From Eledone cirrhosa (Eukaryota), in NCBI GenBank assembly GCA_964016885.1, contig CAXHJY010000096.1, positions 2,046,001 through 2,110,000 on the forward strand: a stretch of DNA of 64,000 bases. Direction: 5' to 3'. Positions 28,101 to 41,500 of this stretch are shown here, piece after piece. Numbering within the stretch: position 1 is the stretch's first letter; each line of letters opens with the position of its first letter. A program made the translations under genes and the position numbers. The notes beneath the pieces were generated by a model, which saw only the letters and a list, made by a program, of their open reading frames with translations, ran no database searches and was not told where the DNA came from.

Positions 28101-28549
28101 GGGAGATAATTTTTTTTTAAAAATCAGGCGGAGATAATTTGTAAAAAAAAATCAGGGGGAGATAATTCGTAAAAAAAAATCAGGGGGAGATAATTTGTAA
28201 AAAAAAATCAGGGGGAGATAATTTGTAAAAAAAATCAAGGGGAGATAATTTCCAGCCGTCCAAGGGGAGGTAATATCTAGCCGTCCAAGGGGAGATAATT
28301 TCCAGCCGTCCAAGGGGAGATAATTTCCAGCCGTCCAAGGGGAGATAATTTCCAGCCGTCCAAGGAGACATATTTTCCAGCCGTCCAAGGCGAGGTAATT
28401 TCTAGCCGTCCAAGGGGAGATAAATTCCAGCCTCCAAGGGGAGATAATTTCCAGCCAGCCAAGGGGAGATAATTTGTAAAAAAATCCGGGGGAGATAATT
28501 TGTAAAAAATATCAGGGAGATAATTTGTAAAAAAAAATCAGGGGGAGAT

Positions 28550-31500
28550 AATTTGTAAAAAAAATCAGGGGGAGATAATTTGTAAAAAAAAATCAGGGGG
28601 AGATAATTTGTAAAAAAAATCAAGGGGAGATAATTTCCAGCCGTCCAAGGGGAGATAATTTTCAGCCGTCCAAAGAGAGGTAATTTCTAACCGTCCGAGG
28701 AGAGATAATTTCCAGCCGTCCAAGGGGAGATAATTTCCAGCCGTCCAAGGGGAGATAATTTCCAGCCTTCCAAGGAGACATATTTTCCAGCCGTCCAAGG
28801 AGAGGTAATTTCTAGCCGTCCAAGGGGAGATAAATTCCAGCCTCCAAGGGGAGATAATTTCCAGCCAGCCAAATGGAGATAATTTGTAAAAAAATCAGGG
28901 GGAGATAATTTGCAAAAAAAATCAGGGGGAGATAATTTGTAAAAAATAATCAGGGGGAGATAATTTCCAGCCGTCCAAGGGGAGATAATTTAAAAAAAAA
29001 TCAGGCGGAGATAATTTGTAAAAAAAAATCAGGGGGAGATAATTTGTAAAAAAAAATCAGGGGGAGATAATTTGTAAAAAAAATCAAGGGGAGATAATTT
29101 CCAGCCGTCCAAGGGAAGATAATTTCCAGCCCTCCAAGGGGCTATAATTTCCAGTGTCCAAGGGGAGATAATTTCCAGCCAGCGAAGGGGAGATAATTTT
29201 TTTTAAAAAATCATTGGGAGATTTGTAAAAAAAATCAGGGGGAGATAATTTGTAAAAAAAATCAAGGGGAGATAATTTCCAGCCGTCCAAGGGGAGGTAA
29301 TATCTAGCCGTCCAAGGGGAGATAATTTCCAGCCGTCCAAGGGGAGATAATTTCCAGCCGTCCCAGGGTAGATAATATCCAGCCGCCCAAGGACATATTT
29401 TCCAGCCGTCCAAGGAGAGGTAATTTCTAGCCGTCCAAGGGGAGATAAATTCCAGCCTCCAAGGGGAGATAATTTCCAGCCAGCCAAGGGGAGATAATTT
29501 GTAAAAAAATCAGGGGGAGATAATTTGTAAAAAAAATCAGGGGGAGATAATTTGTAAAAAAAATCAGGGGGAGATAATTTGTAAAAAAAAATCAGGGGGA
29601 GATAATTTGCAAAAAAAATCAGGGGGAGATAATTTGTAAAAAAAAATCAGGGGTAGATAATTTGTAAAAAAAAATCAGGGGGAGATAATTTGTAAAAAAA
29701 AATCAGGGGGAGATAATTTGTAAAAAAAATCAAGGGGAGATAATTTCCAGCCGTCCAAGGAGAGATAATTTAAAAAAAAATCAGGCGGAGATAATTTGTA
29801 AAAAAAAATCAGGGGGAGATAATTTGTAAAAAAAATCAGGGGGAGATAATTTGTAAAAAAAAATCAGGGGTAGATAATTTGTAAAAAAAAATCAGGGGGA
29901 GATAATTTGTAAAAAAAAATCAGGGGGAGATAATTTGTAAAAAAAATCAAGGGGAGATAATTTCCAGCCGTCCAAGGAGAGATAATTTTAAAAAAAATCA
30001 GGCGGAGATAATTTGTAAAAAAAAATTAGGGGGAGATAATTTGTAAAAAAAAATCAGGGGGAGATAATTTGTAAAAAAAATCAAGGGGAGATAATTTCCA
30101 GCCGTCCAAGGGGAGATAATTTTCAGCCGTCCAAGGGGAGATAATTTCCCGCCAGCCAAGGGAAGATAATATTCAAAAAAATCAGGCGGAGATAATTTGT
30201 AAAAAAAATCAGGGGGAGATAATTTGTAAAAAAATCAGGGGGAGATAATTTGTAAAAAAAAAAATCAGGGGGAGATAATTTGTAAAAAAAATCAGGGGGA
30301 GATAATTTGTAAAAAAAAATCAGGGGTAGATAATTTGTAAAAAAAAATCAGGGGGAGATAATTTGTAAAAAAAAATCAGGGGGAGATAATTTGTAAAAAA
30401 AATGAAAGGGGAGATAATATCCAGCCGTCCAAGGGGAGATAATTTCCAGCCGTCCAAGGGGAGATAATTTCCAGCCGTCCAAGGGGAGATAATTTCCATC
30501 CTTCCAAGGGGATATAATTTCCAGCCGTCCAAGGGGAGATAATTTCCATCCTTCCAAGGGGATATAATTTCCAGCCGTCCAAGGGGAGATAATTTTCAGC
30601 CGTCCAAGGAGAGGTAATTTCTAGCCGTCCAAGGAGAGATAATTTCCAGCCGTCCAAGGGGAGATAATTTCCAGCCGTCCAAGGGGAGATAATTTCCAGC
30701 CGTCCAAGGAGACATATTTTCCAGCCGTCCAAGGAGAGGTAATTCCTAGCCGTCCAAGGGGAGATAAATTCCCGCCTCCAAGGGGAGATAATTTCCAGCC
30801 AGCCAAGGGGAGATAATTTGTAAAAAAAATCAGGGGGAGATAATTTGTAAAAAAAAATCAGGGGGAGATAATTTGTAAAAAATAATCAGGGGGAGATAAT
30901 TTGTAAAAAAAATCAAGGGGAGATAATTTCCAGCCGTCCAAGGGGAGATAATTTTCAGCCGTCCAAGGGGAGATAATTTCCCGCCAGCCAAGGGAAGATA
31001 ATATTTAAAAAAATTAGGCGGAGATAATTTGTAAAAAAAATCAGGGGGAGATAATTTGTAAAAAAATCAGGGGGAGATAATTTGTAAAAAAAATCAGGGG
31101 GAGATAATTTGTAAAAAAAATCAGGGGTAGATAATTTGTAAAAAAAAATCAGGGGGAGATAATTTGTAAAAAAAATCAAGGGGAGATAATTTCCAGCCGT
31201 CCAAGGGAAGATAATTTCCAGCCCTCCAAGGGGCTATAATTTCCAGCGTCCAAGGGGAGATAATTTCCAGCCAGCGAAGGGGAGATAATTTTTTTTAAAA
31301 AATCATTGGGAGATTTGTAAAAAAAATCAGGGGGAGATAATTTGTAAAAAAAATCAAGGGGAGATAATTTCCAGCCGTCCAAGGGGAGGTAATATCTAGC
31401 CGTCCAAGGGGAGATAATTTCCAGCCGTCCAAGGGGAGATAATTTCCAGCCGTCCAAGGGTAGATAATATCCAGCCGTCCAAGGACATATTTTCCAGCCG

Positions 31501-34500
31501 TCCAAGGAGAGGTAATTTCTAGCCGTCCAAGGGGAGATAAATTCCAGCCTCCAAGGTGAGATAATTTCCAGCCAGCCAAGGGGAGATAATTTGTAAAAAA
31601 ATCAGGGGGAGATAATTTGTAAAAAAAATCAGGGGGAGATAATTTGTAAAAAAAAATCAGGGGGAGATAATTTGTAAAAAAAAATCAGGGGGAGATAATT
31701 TGTAAAAAAAAATCAGGGGGAGATAATTTGTAAAAAAATCAAGGGGAGATAATTTCCAGCCGTCCAAGGGGAGATAATTTTCAGCCGTCCAAGGGGAGAT
31801 AATTTCCCGCCAGCCAAGGGAAGATAATATTTGAAAAAATCAGGCGGAGATAATTTGTAAAAAAAATCAGGGGGAGATAATTTGTAAAAAAATCAGGGGG
31901 AGATAATTTGTAAAAAAAAAATCAGGGGGAGATAATTTGTAAAAAGAATCAGGGGGAGATAATTTGTAAAAAAAAATCAGGGGTAGATAAATTGTAAAAA
32001 AAAATCAGGGGGAGATAATTTGTAAAAAAAATCAGGGGGAGATAATTTGTAAAAAAAATGAAAGGGGAGATAATATCCAGCCGTCCAAGGGGAGATAATT
32101 TCCAGCCGTCCAAGGGGAGATAATTTCCAGCCGTCCAAGGGGAGATAATTTCCATCCTTCCAAGGGGATATAATTTCCAGCCGTCCAAGGGGAGATAATT
32201 TCCCGCCAGCCAAGGGAAGATAATTTTTAAAAAAATCAGGCGGAGATTGTAAAAAAAATCAGGGGGGAGATAATTTGTAAAAAAATCAGGGGGAGATAAT
32301 TTGTAAAAAAAAATCAGGGGGAGATAATTTGTAAAAAATAATCAGGGGGAGATAATTTGTAAAAAAAAATCAAGGGGAGATAATTTCCAGCCGTCCAAGG
32401 GGAGATAATTTCCCGCCAGCCAAGGGAAGATAATATTTAAAAAAATTAGGCGGAGATAATTTGTAAAAAAAATCAGGGGGAGATAATTTGTAAAAAAATC
32501 AGGGGGAGATAATTTGTAAAAAAAATCAGGGGGAGATAATTTGTAAAAAAATTCATGGGGAGATAATTTGTAAAAAAAAATCAGGGGTAGATAATTTGTA
32601 AAAAAAAATCAGGGGGAGATAATTTGTAAAAAAAAATCAGGGGGAGATAATTTGTAAAAAAAATCAAGGGGAGATAATTTCCAGCCGTCCAAGGGGAGAT
32701 AATTTTCAGCCGTCCAAGGAGAGGTAATTTCTAACCGTCCGAGGAGAGATAATTTCCAGCCGTCCAAGGGGAGATAATTTCCAGCCGTCCAAGGGGAGAT
32801 AATTTCCAGCCGTCCAAGGAGACATATTTTCCAGCCGTCCAAGGAGAGGTAATTTCTAGCCGTCCAAGGGGAGATAAATTCCAGCCTCCAAGGGGAGATA
32901 ATTTCCAGCCAGCCAAATGGAGATAATTTGTAAAAAAATCAGGGGGAGATAATTTGCAAAAAAAATCAGGGGGAGATAATTTGTAAAAAATAATCAGGGG
33001 GAGATAATTTCCAGCCGTCCAAGGGGAGATAATTTAAAAAAAAATCAGGCGGAGATAATTTGTAAAAAAAAATCAGGGGGAGATAATTTGTAAAAAAAAA
33101 TCAGGGGGAGATAATTTGTAAAAAAAATCAAGGGGAGATAATTTCCAGCCGTCCAAGGGAAGATAATTTCCAGCCCTCCAAGGGGCTATAATTTCCAGTG
33201 TCCAAGGGGAGATAATTTCCAGCCAGCGAAGGGGAGATAATTTTTTTTAAAAAATCATTGGGAGATTTGTAAAAAAAATCAGGGGGAGATAATTTGTAAA
33301 AAAAATCAAGGGGAGATAATTTCCAGCCGTCCAAGGGGAGGTAATATCTAGCCGTCCAAGGGGAGATAATTTCCAGCCGTCCAAGGGGAGATAATTTCCA
33401 GCCGTCCCAGGGTAGATAATATCCAGCCGCCCAAGGACATATTTTCCAGCCGTCCAAGGAGAGGTAATTTCTAGCCGTCCAAGGGGAGATAAATTCCAGC
33501 CTCCAAGGGGAGATAATTTCCAGCCAGCCAAGGGGAGATAATTTGTAAAAAAATCAGGGGGAGATAATTTGTAAAAAAAATCAGGGGGAGATAATTTGTA
33601 AAAAAAAATCAGGGGGAGATAATTTGTAAAAAAAAATCAGGGGGAGATAATTTGCAAAAAAAATCAGGGGGAGATAATTTGTAAAAAAAAATCAGGGGTA
33701 GATAATTTGTAAAAAAAAATCAGGGGGAGATAATTTGTAAAAAAAAATCAGGGGGAGATAATTTGTAAAAAAAATCAAGGGGAGATAATTTCCAGCCGTC
33801 CAAGGAGAGATAATTTAAAAAAAAATCAGGCGGAGATAATTTGTAAAAAAAAATCAGGGGGAGATAATTTGTAAAAAAAATCAGGGGGAGATAATTTGTA
33901 AAAAAAAATCAGGGGTAGATAATTTGTAAAAAAAAATCAGGGGGAGATAATTTGTAAAAAAAAATCAGGGGGAGATAATTTGTAAAAAAAATCAAGGGGA
34001 GATAATTTCCAGCCGTCCAAGGAGAGATAATTTTAAAAAAAATCAGGCGGAGATAATTTGTAAAAAAAAATTAGGGGGAGATAATTTGTAAAAAAAAATC
34101 AGGGGGAGATAATTTGTAAAAAAAATCAAGGGGAGATAATTTCCAGCCGTCCAAGGGGAGATAATTTTCAGCCGTCCAAGGGGAGATAATTTCCCGCCAG
34201 CCAAGGGAAGATAATATTCAAAAAAATCAGGCGGAGATAATTTGTAAAAAAAATCAGGGGGAGATAATTTGTAAAAAAATCAGGGGGAGATAATTTGTAA
34301 AAAAAAAAATCAGGGGGAGATAATTTGTAAAAAAAATCAGGGGGAGATAATTTGTAAAAAAAAATCAGGGGTAGATAATTTGTAAAAAAAAATCAGGGGG
34401 AGATAATTTGTAAAAAAAAATCAGGGGGAGATAATTTGTAAAAAAAATGAAAGGGGAGATAATATCCAGCCGTCCAAGGGGAGATAATTTCCAGCCGTCC

Positions 34501-35571
34501 AAGGGGAGATAATTTCCAGCCGTCCAAGGGGAGATAATTTCCATCCTTCCAAGGGGATATAATTTCCAGCCGTCCAAGGGGAGATAATTTTCAGCCGTCC
34601 AAGGAGAGGTAATTTCTAGCCGTCCAAGGAGAGATAATTTCCAGCCGTCCAAGGGGAGATAATTTCCAGCCGTCCAAGGGGAGATAATTTCCAGCCGTCC
34701 AAGGAGACATATTTTCCAGCCGTCCAAGGAGAGGTAATTCCTAGCCGTCCAAGGGGAGATAAATTCCCGCCTCCAAGGGGAGATAATTTCCAGCCAGCCA
34801 AGGGGAGATAATTTGTAAAAAAAATCAGGGGGAGATAATTTGTAAAAAAAATCAGGGGGAGATAATTTGTAAAAAAAAATCAGGGGGAGATAATTTGTAA
34901 AAAATAATCAGGGGGAGATAATTTGTAAAAAAAATCAAGGGGAGATAATTTCCAGCCGTCCAAGGGGAGATAATTTTCAGCCGTCCAAGGGGAGATAATT
35001 TCCCGCCAGCCAAGGGAAGATAATATTTAAAAAAATTAGGCGGAGATAATTTGTAAAAAAAATCAGGGGGAGATAATTTGTAAAAAAATCAGGGGGAGAT
35101 AATTTGTAAAAAAAATCAGGGGGAGATAATTTGTAAAAAAAATCAGGGGGAGATAATTTGTAAAAAAAAATCAGGGGGAGATAATTTGTAAAAAAAATCA
35201 AGGGGAGATAATTTCCAGCCGTCCAAGGGAAGATAATTTCCAGCCCTCCAAGGGGCTATAATTTCCAGCGTCCAAGGGGAGATAATTTCCAGCCAGCGAA
35301 GGGGAGATAATTTTTTTTAAAAAATCATTGGGAGATTTGTAAAAAAAATCAGGGGGAGATAATTTGTAAAAAAAATCAAGGGGAGATAATTTCCAGCCGT
35401 CCAAGGGGAGGTAATATCTAGCCGTCCAAGGGGAGATAATTTCCAGCCGTCCAAGGGGAGATAATTTCCAGCCGTCCAAGGGTAGATAATATCCAGCCGT
35501 CCAAGGACATATTTTCCAGCCGTCCAAGGAGAGGTAATTTCTAGCCGTCCAAGGGGAGATAAATTCCAGCC
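28550..35571 (+). repeat. ~4.04-kb tandem duplication; second copy truncated by the 24-kb breakpoint
   Basis: Offsets 28565/32609 and 29084/33128 (4044), 30320/34365 (4045). Shared markers: CTAACCGTCCGAGG, CCAAATGGAG, CCAGTGTCC, GTCCCAGGGTAG, AAATTCCCGCCTCC. Confidence 0.9.
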
Positions 35572-38500
35572 GTCCAAGGGGAGATAATTTCCCGCCAGCC
35601 AAGGGAAGATAATATTTAAAAAAATCAGGCGGAGATAATTTGTAAAAAAAATCAGGGGGAGATAATTTGTAAAAAAATCAGGGGGAGATAATTTGTAAAA
35701 AAAAAATCAGGGGGAGATAATTTGTAAAAAAAATCAGGGGGAGATAATTTGTAAAAAAAAATCAGGGGTAGATGAATTGTAAAAAAAAATCAGGGGGAGA
35801 TAATTTGTAAAAAAAATCAGGGGGAGATAATTTGTAAAAAAAATGAAAGGGGAGATAATATCCAGCCGTCCAAGGGGAGATAATTTCCAGCCGTCCAAGG
35901 GGAGATAATTTCCAGCCGTCCAAGGGGAGATAATTTCCATCCTTCCAAGGGGATATAATTTCCAGCCGTCCAAGGGGAGATAATTTCCCGCCAGCCAAGG
36001 GAAGATAATATTTAAAAAAATTAGGCGGAGATAATTTGTAAAAAAAATCAGGGGGAGATAATTTGTAAAAAATCAGGGGGAGATAATTTGTAAAAAAAAT
36101 CAGGGGGAGATAATTTGTAAAAAAAATCATGGGGAGATAATTTGTAAAAAAAAATCAGGGGTAGATAATTTGTAAAAAAAAATCAGGGGGAGATAATTTG
36201 TAAAAAAAAATCAGGGGGAGATAATTTGTAAAAAAAATCAAGGGGAGATAATTTCCAGCCGTCCAAGGGGAGATAATTTTCAGCCGTCCAAGGAGAGGTA
36301 ATTTCTAGCCGTCCAAGGGGAGATAATTTCCAGCCGTCCAAGGGGAGGTAATTTCCAGCCGTCCAAGGGGAGATAATTTAAAAAAAAAAATCAGGCGGAG
36401 ATAATTTGTAAAAAAAATCAAGGGGAGATAATTTGCAGCCGTCCAAGGGGAGATAATTTTCAGTCGTCCAAGGAGAGGTAATTTCTAGCCGTCCAAGGGG
36501 AGATAATTGCCAGCCGTCCAAGGGGAGATAATTTCCAGCCGTCCAAGGGGAGATAATTTTTTTTTAAAAATCAGGCGGAGATAATTTGTAAAAAAAATCA
36601 GGGGGAGATAATTTGTAAACAAAATCAGGGGGAGATAATTTGTAAAAAAAAATCAGGGGTAGATAATTTGTAAAAAAAAATCAGGGGGAGATAATTTGTA
36701 AAAAAAAATCAGGGGGAGATAATTTGTAAAAAAAATCAAGGGGAGATAATTTCCAGCCGTCCAAGGGGAGATAATTTTCAGCCGTCCAAGGAGAGGTAAT
36801 TTCTAGCCGTCCAAGGGGAGATAATTTCCAGCCGTCCAAGGGGAGGTAATTTCCAGCCGTCCAAGGGGAGATAATTTTAAAAAAAAAATCAGGCGGAGAT
36901 AATTTGTAAAAAAAATCAAGGGGAGATAATTTGCAGCCGTCCAAGGGGAGATAATTTTCAGTCGTCCAAGGAGAGGTAATTTCTAGCCGTCCAAGGGGAG
37001 ATAATTGCCAGCCGTCCAAGGGGAGATAATTTCCAGCCGTCCAAGGGGAGATAATTTTTTTTAAAAAATCAGGCGGAGATAATTTGTAAAAAAAATCAGG
37101 GGGAGATAATTTGTAAACAAAATCAGGGGGAGATAATTTGTAAAAAAAAATCAGGGGGAGATAATTTGTAAAAAAAATCATGGAGAGATAATTTCCAGCC
37201 GTCCAAGGGGAGATAATTTCCAGCCTTCCAAGGAGACATATTTTCCAGCCGTCCAAGGCGAGGTAATTTCTAGCCGTCCAAGGGGAGATAAATTCCAGCC
37301 TCCAAGGGGAGATAATTTCCAGCCAGCCAAGTGGAGATAATTTGTAAAAAAATCAGGGGGAGATAATTTGTAAAAAATATCAGGGAGATAATTTGTAAAA
37401 AAAAATCAGGGGGAGATAATTTGTAAAAAAAATCAGGGGGAGATAATTTGTAAAAAAAAATCAGGGGGAGATAATTTGTAACAAAAATCAAGGGGAGATA
37501 ATTTCCAGCCGTCCAAGGGGAGATAATTTTCAGCCGTCCAAGGGGAGATAATTTCCCGCCAGCCAAGGGAAGATAATATTTAAAAAAATCAGGCGGAGAT
37601 AATTTGTAAAAAAAATCAGGGGGAGATAATTTGTAAAAAAATCAGGGGGAGATAATTTGTAAAAAAAAAATCAGGGGGAGATAATTTGTAAAAAAAATCA
37701 GGGGGAGATAATTTGTAAAAAAAAATCAGGGGTAGATAATTTGTAAACAAAAATCAGGGGGAGATAATTTGTAAAAAAAAATCAGGGGGAGATAATTTGT
37801 AAAAAAAATGAAAGGGGAGATAATATCCAGCCGTCCAAGGGGAGATAATTTCCAGCCGTCCAAGGAGACATATTTTCCAGCCGTCCAAGGAGAGGTAATT
37901 CCTAGCCGTCCAAGGGGAGATAAATTCCAGCCTCCAAGGGGAGATAATTTGTAAAAAAAATCAGGGGGAGATAATTTGTAAAAAAAATCAGGGGGAGATA
38001 ATTTGTAAAAAAAATCAGGGGGAGATAATTTGTAAAAAAAAATCAGGGGTAGATAATTTGTAAAAAATAATCAGGGGGAGATAATTTGTAAAAAAAATCA
38101 AGGGGAGATAATTTCCAGCCGTCCAAGGGGAGATAATTTTCAGCCGTCCAAGGGGAGATAATTTCCCGCCAGCCAAGGGAAGATAATATTTGAAAAAATC
38201 AGGCGGAGATAATTTGTAAAAAAAATCAGGGGGAGATAATTTGTAAAAAAATCAGGGGGAGATAATTTGTAAAAAAAAAATCATGGGGAGATAATTTGTA
38301 AAAAAAATCAGGGGGAGATAATTTGTAAAAAAAAATCAGGGGTAGATAAATTGTAAAAAAAAATCAGGGGGAGATAATTTGTAAAAAAAATCAGGGGGAG
38401 ATAATTTGTAAAAAAAATGAAAGGGGAGATAATATCCAGCCGTCCAAGGGGAGATAATTTCCAGCCGTCCAAGGGGAGATAATTTCCAGCCGTCCAAGGG

Positions 38501-41500
38501 GAGATAATTTCCATCCTTCCAAGGGGATATAATTTCCAGCCGTCCAAGGGGAGATAATTTCCCGCCAGCCAAGGGAATATAATTTTTAAAAAAATCAGGC
38601 GGAGATTGTAAAAAAAATCAGGGGGGAGATAATTTGTAAAAAAATCAGGGGGAGATAATTTGTAAAAAAAAATCAGGGGGAGATAATTTGTAAAAAATAA
38701 TCAGGGGGAGATAATTTGTAAAAAAAAATCAAGGGGAGATAATTTCCAGCCGTCCAAGGGGAGGTAATATCTAGCCGTCCAAGGGGAGATAATTTCCAGC
38801 CGTCCAACGGGAGATAATTTCCAGCCGTCCATGGGTAGATAATATCCAGCCGCCCAAGGACATATTTTCCAGCCGTCCAAGGAGAGGTAATTTCTAGCCG
38901 TCCAAGGGGAGATAATTACAGCCGTCCAAGGGTAGATAATATCCAGCCGTCCAAGGACATATTTTCCAGCCGTCCAAGGAGAGGTAATTTCTAGCCGTCC
39001 AAGGGGAGATAAATTCCAGCCTCCAAGGGGAGATAATTTCCAGCCAGCCAAGGGGAGATAATTTGTAAAAAAATCAGGGGGAGATAATTTGTAAAAAAAA
39101 TCAGGGGGAGATAATTTGTAAAAAAAAATCAGGGGGAGATAATTTGTAAAAAAAAATCAGGGGGAGATAATTTGCAAAAAAAATCAGGGGGAGATAATTT
39201 GTAAAAAAAAATCAGGGGTAGATAATTTGTAAAAAAAAATCAGGGGGAGATAATTTGTAAAAAAAAATCAGGGGGAGATAATTTGTAAAAAAAATCAAGG
39301 GGAGATAATTTCCAGCCGTCCAAGGGAAGATAATTTCCAGCCCTCCAAGGGGCTATAATTTCCAGCGTCCAAGGGGAGATAATTTCCAGCCAGCGAAGGG
39401 GAGATAATTTTTTTTAAAAAATCATTGGGAGATTTGTAAAAAAAATCAGGGGGAGATAATTTGTAAAAAAAATCAAGGGGAGATAATTTCCAGCCGTCCA
39501 AGGGGAGGTAATATCTAGCCGTCCAAGGGGAGATAATTTCCAGCCGTCCAACGGGAGATAATTTCCAGCCGTCCATGGGTAGATAATATCCAGCCGCCCA
39601 AGGACATATTTTCCAGCCGTCCAAGGAGAGGTAATTTCTAGCCGTCCAAGGGGAGATAATTTCCAGCCGTCCAAGGGTAGATAATATCCAGCCGTCCAAG
39701 GACATATTTTCCAGCCGTCCAAGGAGAGGTAATTTCTAGCCGTCCAAGGGGAGATAAATTCCAGCCTCCAAGGGGAGATAATTTCCAGCCAGCCAAGGGG
39801 AGATAATTTGTAAAAAAATCAGGGGGAGATAATTTGTAAAAAAAATCAGGGGGAGATAATTTGTAAAAAAAAATCAGGGGGAGATAATTTGTAAAAAAAA
39901 ATCAGGGGGAGATAATTTGCAAAAAAAATCAGGGGGAGATAATTTGTAAAAAAAAATCAGGGGTAGATAATTTGTAAAAAAAAATCAGGGGGAGATAATT
40001 TGTAAAAAAAAATCAGGGGGAGATAATTTGTAAAAAAAATCAAGGGGAGATAATTTCCAGCCGTCCAAGGAGAGATAATTTTAAAAAAAATCAGGCGGAG
40101 ATAATTTGTAAAAAAAAATCAGGGGGAGATAATTTGTAAAAAAAATCAGGGGGAGATAATTTGTAAAAAAAAATCAGGGGTAGATAATTTGTAAAAAAAA
40201 ATCAGGGGGAGATAATTTGTAAAAAAAAATCAGGGGGAGATAATTTGTAAAAAAAATCAAGGGGAGATAATTTCCAGCCGTCCAAGGAGAGATAATTTAA
40301 AAAAAAATCAGGGGGAGATAATTTGTAAAAAAAATCAAGGGGAGATAATTTCCAGCCGTCCAAGGGGAGATAATTTTCAGCCGTCCAAGGGGAGATAATT
40401 TCCCGCCAGCCAAGGGAAGATAATATTCAAAAAAATCAGGCGGAGATAATTTGTAAAAAAAATCAGGGGGAGATAATTTGTAAAAAAAATCAGGGGGAGA
40501 TAATTTGTAAAAAAAAAAATCAGGGGGAGATAATTTGTAAAAAAAATCAGGGGGAGATAATTTGTAAAAAAAAAATCAGGGGTAGATAATTTGTAAAAAA
40601 AAATCAGGGGGAGATAATTTGTAAAAAAAAATCAGGGGGAGATAATTTGTAAAAAAAATGAAAGGGGAGATAATATCCAGCCGTCCAAGGGGAGATAATT
40701 TCCAGCCGTCCAAGGGGAGATAATTTCCAGCCGTCCAAGGGGAGATAATTTCCATCCTTCCAAGGGGATATAATTTCCAGCCGTCCAAGGGGAGATAATT
40801 TCCATCCTTCCAAGGGGATATAATTTCCAGCCGTCCAAGGGGAGATAATTTTCAGCCGTCCAAGGAGAGGTAATTTCTAGCCGTCCAAGGAGAGATAATT
40901 TCCAGCCGTCCAAGGGGAGATAATTTCCAGCCGTCCAAGGGGAGATAATTTCCAGCCGTCCAAGGAGACATATTTTCCAGCCGTCCAAGGAGAGGTAATT
41001 CCTAGCCGTCCAAGGGGAGATAAATTCCAGCCTCCAAGGGGAGATAATTTCCAGCCAGCCAAGGGGAGATAATTTGTAAAAAAAATCAGGGGGAGATAAT
41101 TTGTAAAAAAAATCAGGGGGAGATAATTTGTAAAGAAATCAGGGGGAGATAATTTGTAAAAAAAATCAGGGGGAGATAATTTGTAAAAAAAATCAGGGGG
41201 AGATAATTTGTAAAAAAAAATCAGGGGGAGATAATTTGTAAAAAAAATCAAGGGGAGATAATTTCCAGCCGTCCAAGGGAAGATAATTTCCAGCCCTCCA
41301 AGGGGCTATAATTTCCAGCGTCCAAGGGGAGATAATTTCCAGCCAGCGAAGGGGAGATAATTTTTTTAAAAAAATCATTGGGAGATTTGTAAAAAAATCA
41401 GGGGGAGATAATTTGTAAAAAAAATCAAGGGGAGATAATTACCAGCCGTCCAAGGGGAGGTAATATCTAGCCGTCCAAGGGGTGATAATTTCCAGCCGTC

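Larger units (their letters stand above)
11551..35571 (+). repeat. 24-kb tandem segmental duplication, copy 1
   Basis: ORF-track markers recur at a constant offset of 24,016 (11718/35734, 13254/37270, 21296/45312, 28152/52168, 34365/58381). The offset becomes 24,066 after a 50-bp indel (34977/59043). Rare variants are shared, e.g. GTAACAAAA, TTCTGCC, AAGATAAG, GGCGGTGAT, ATCCGGGG. Confidence 0.95.
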
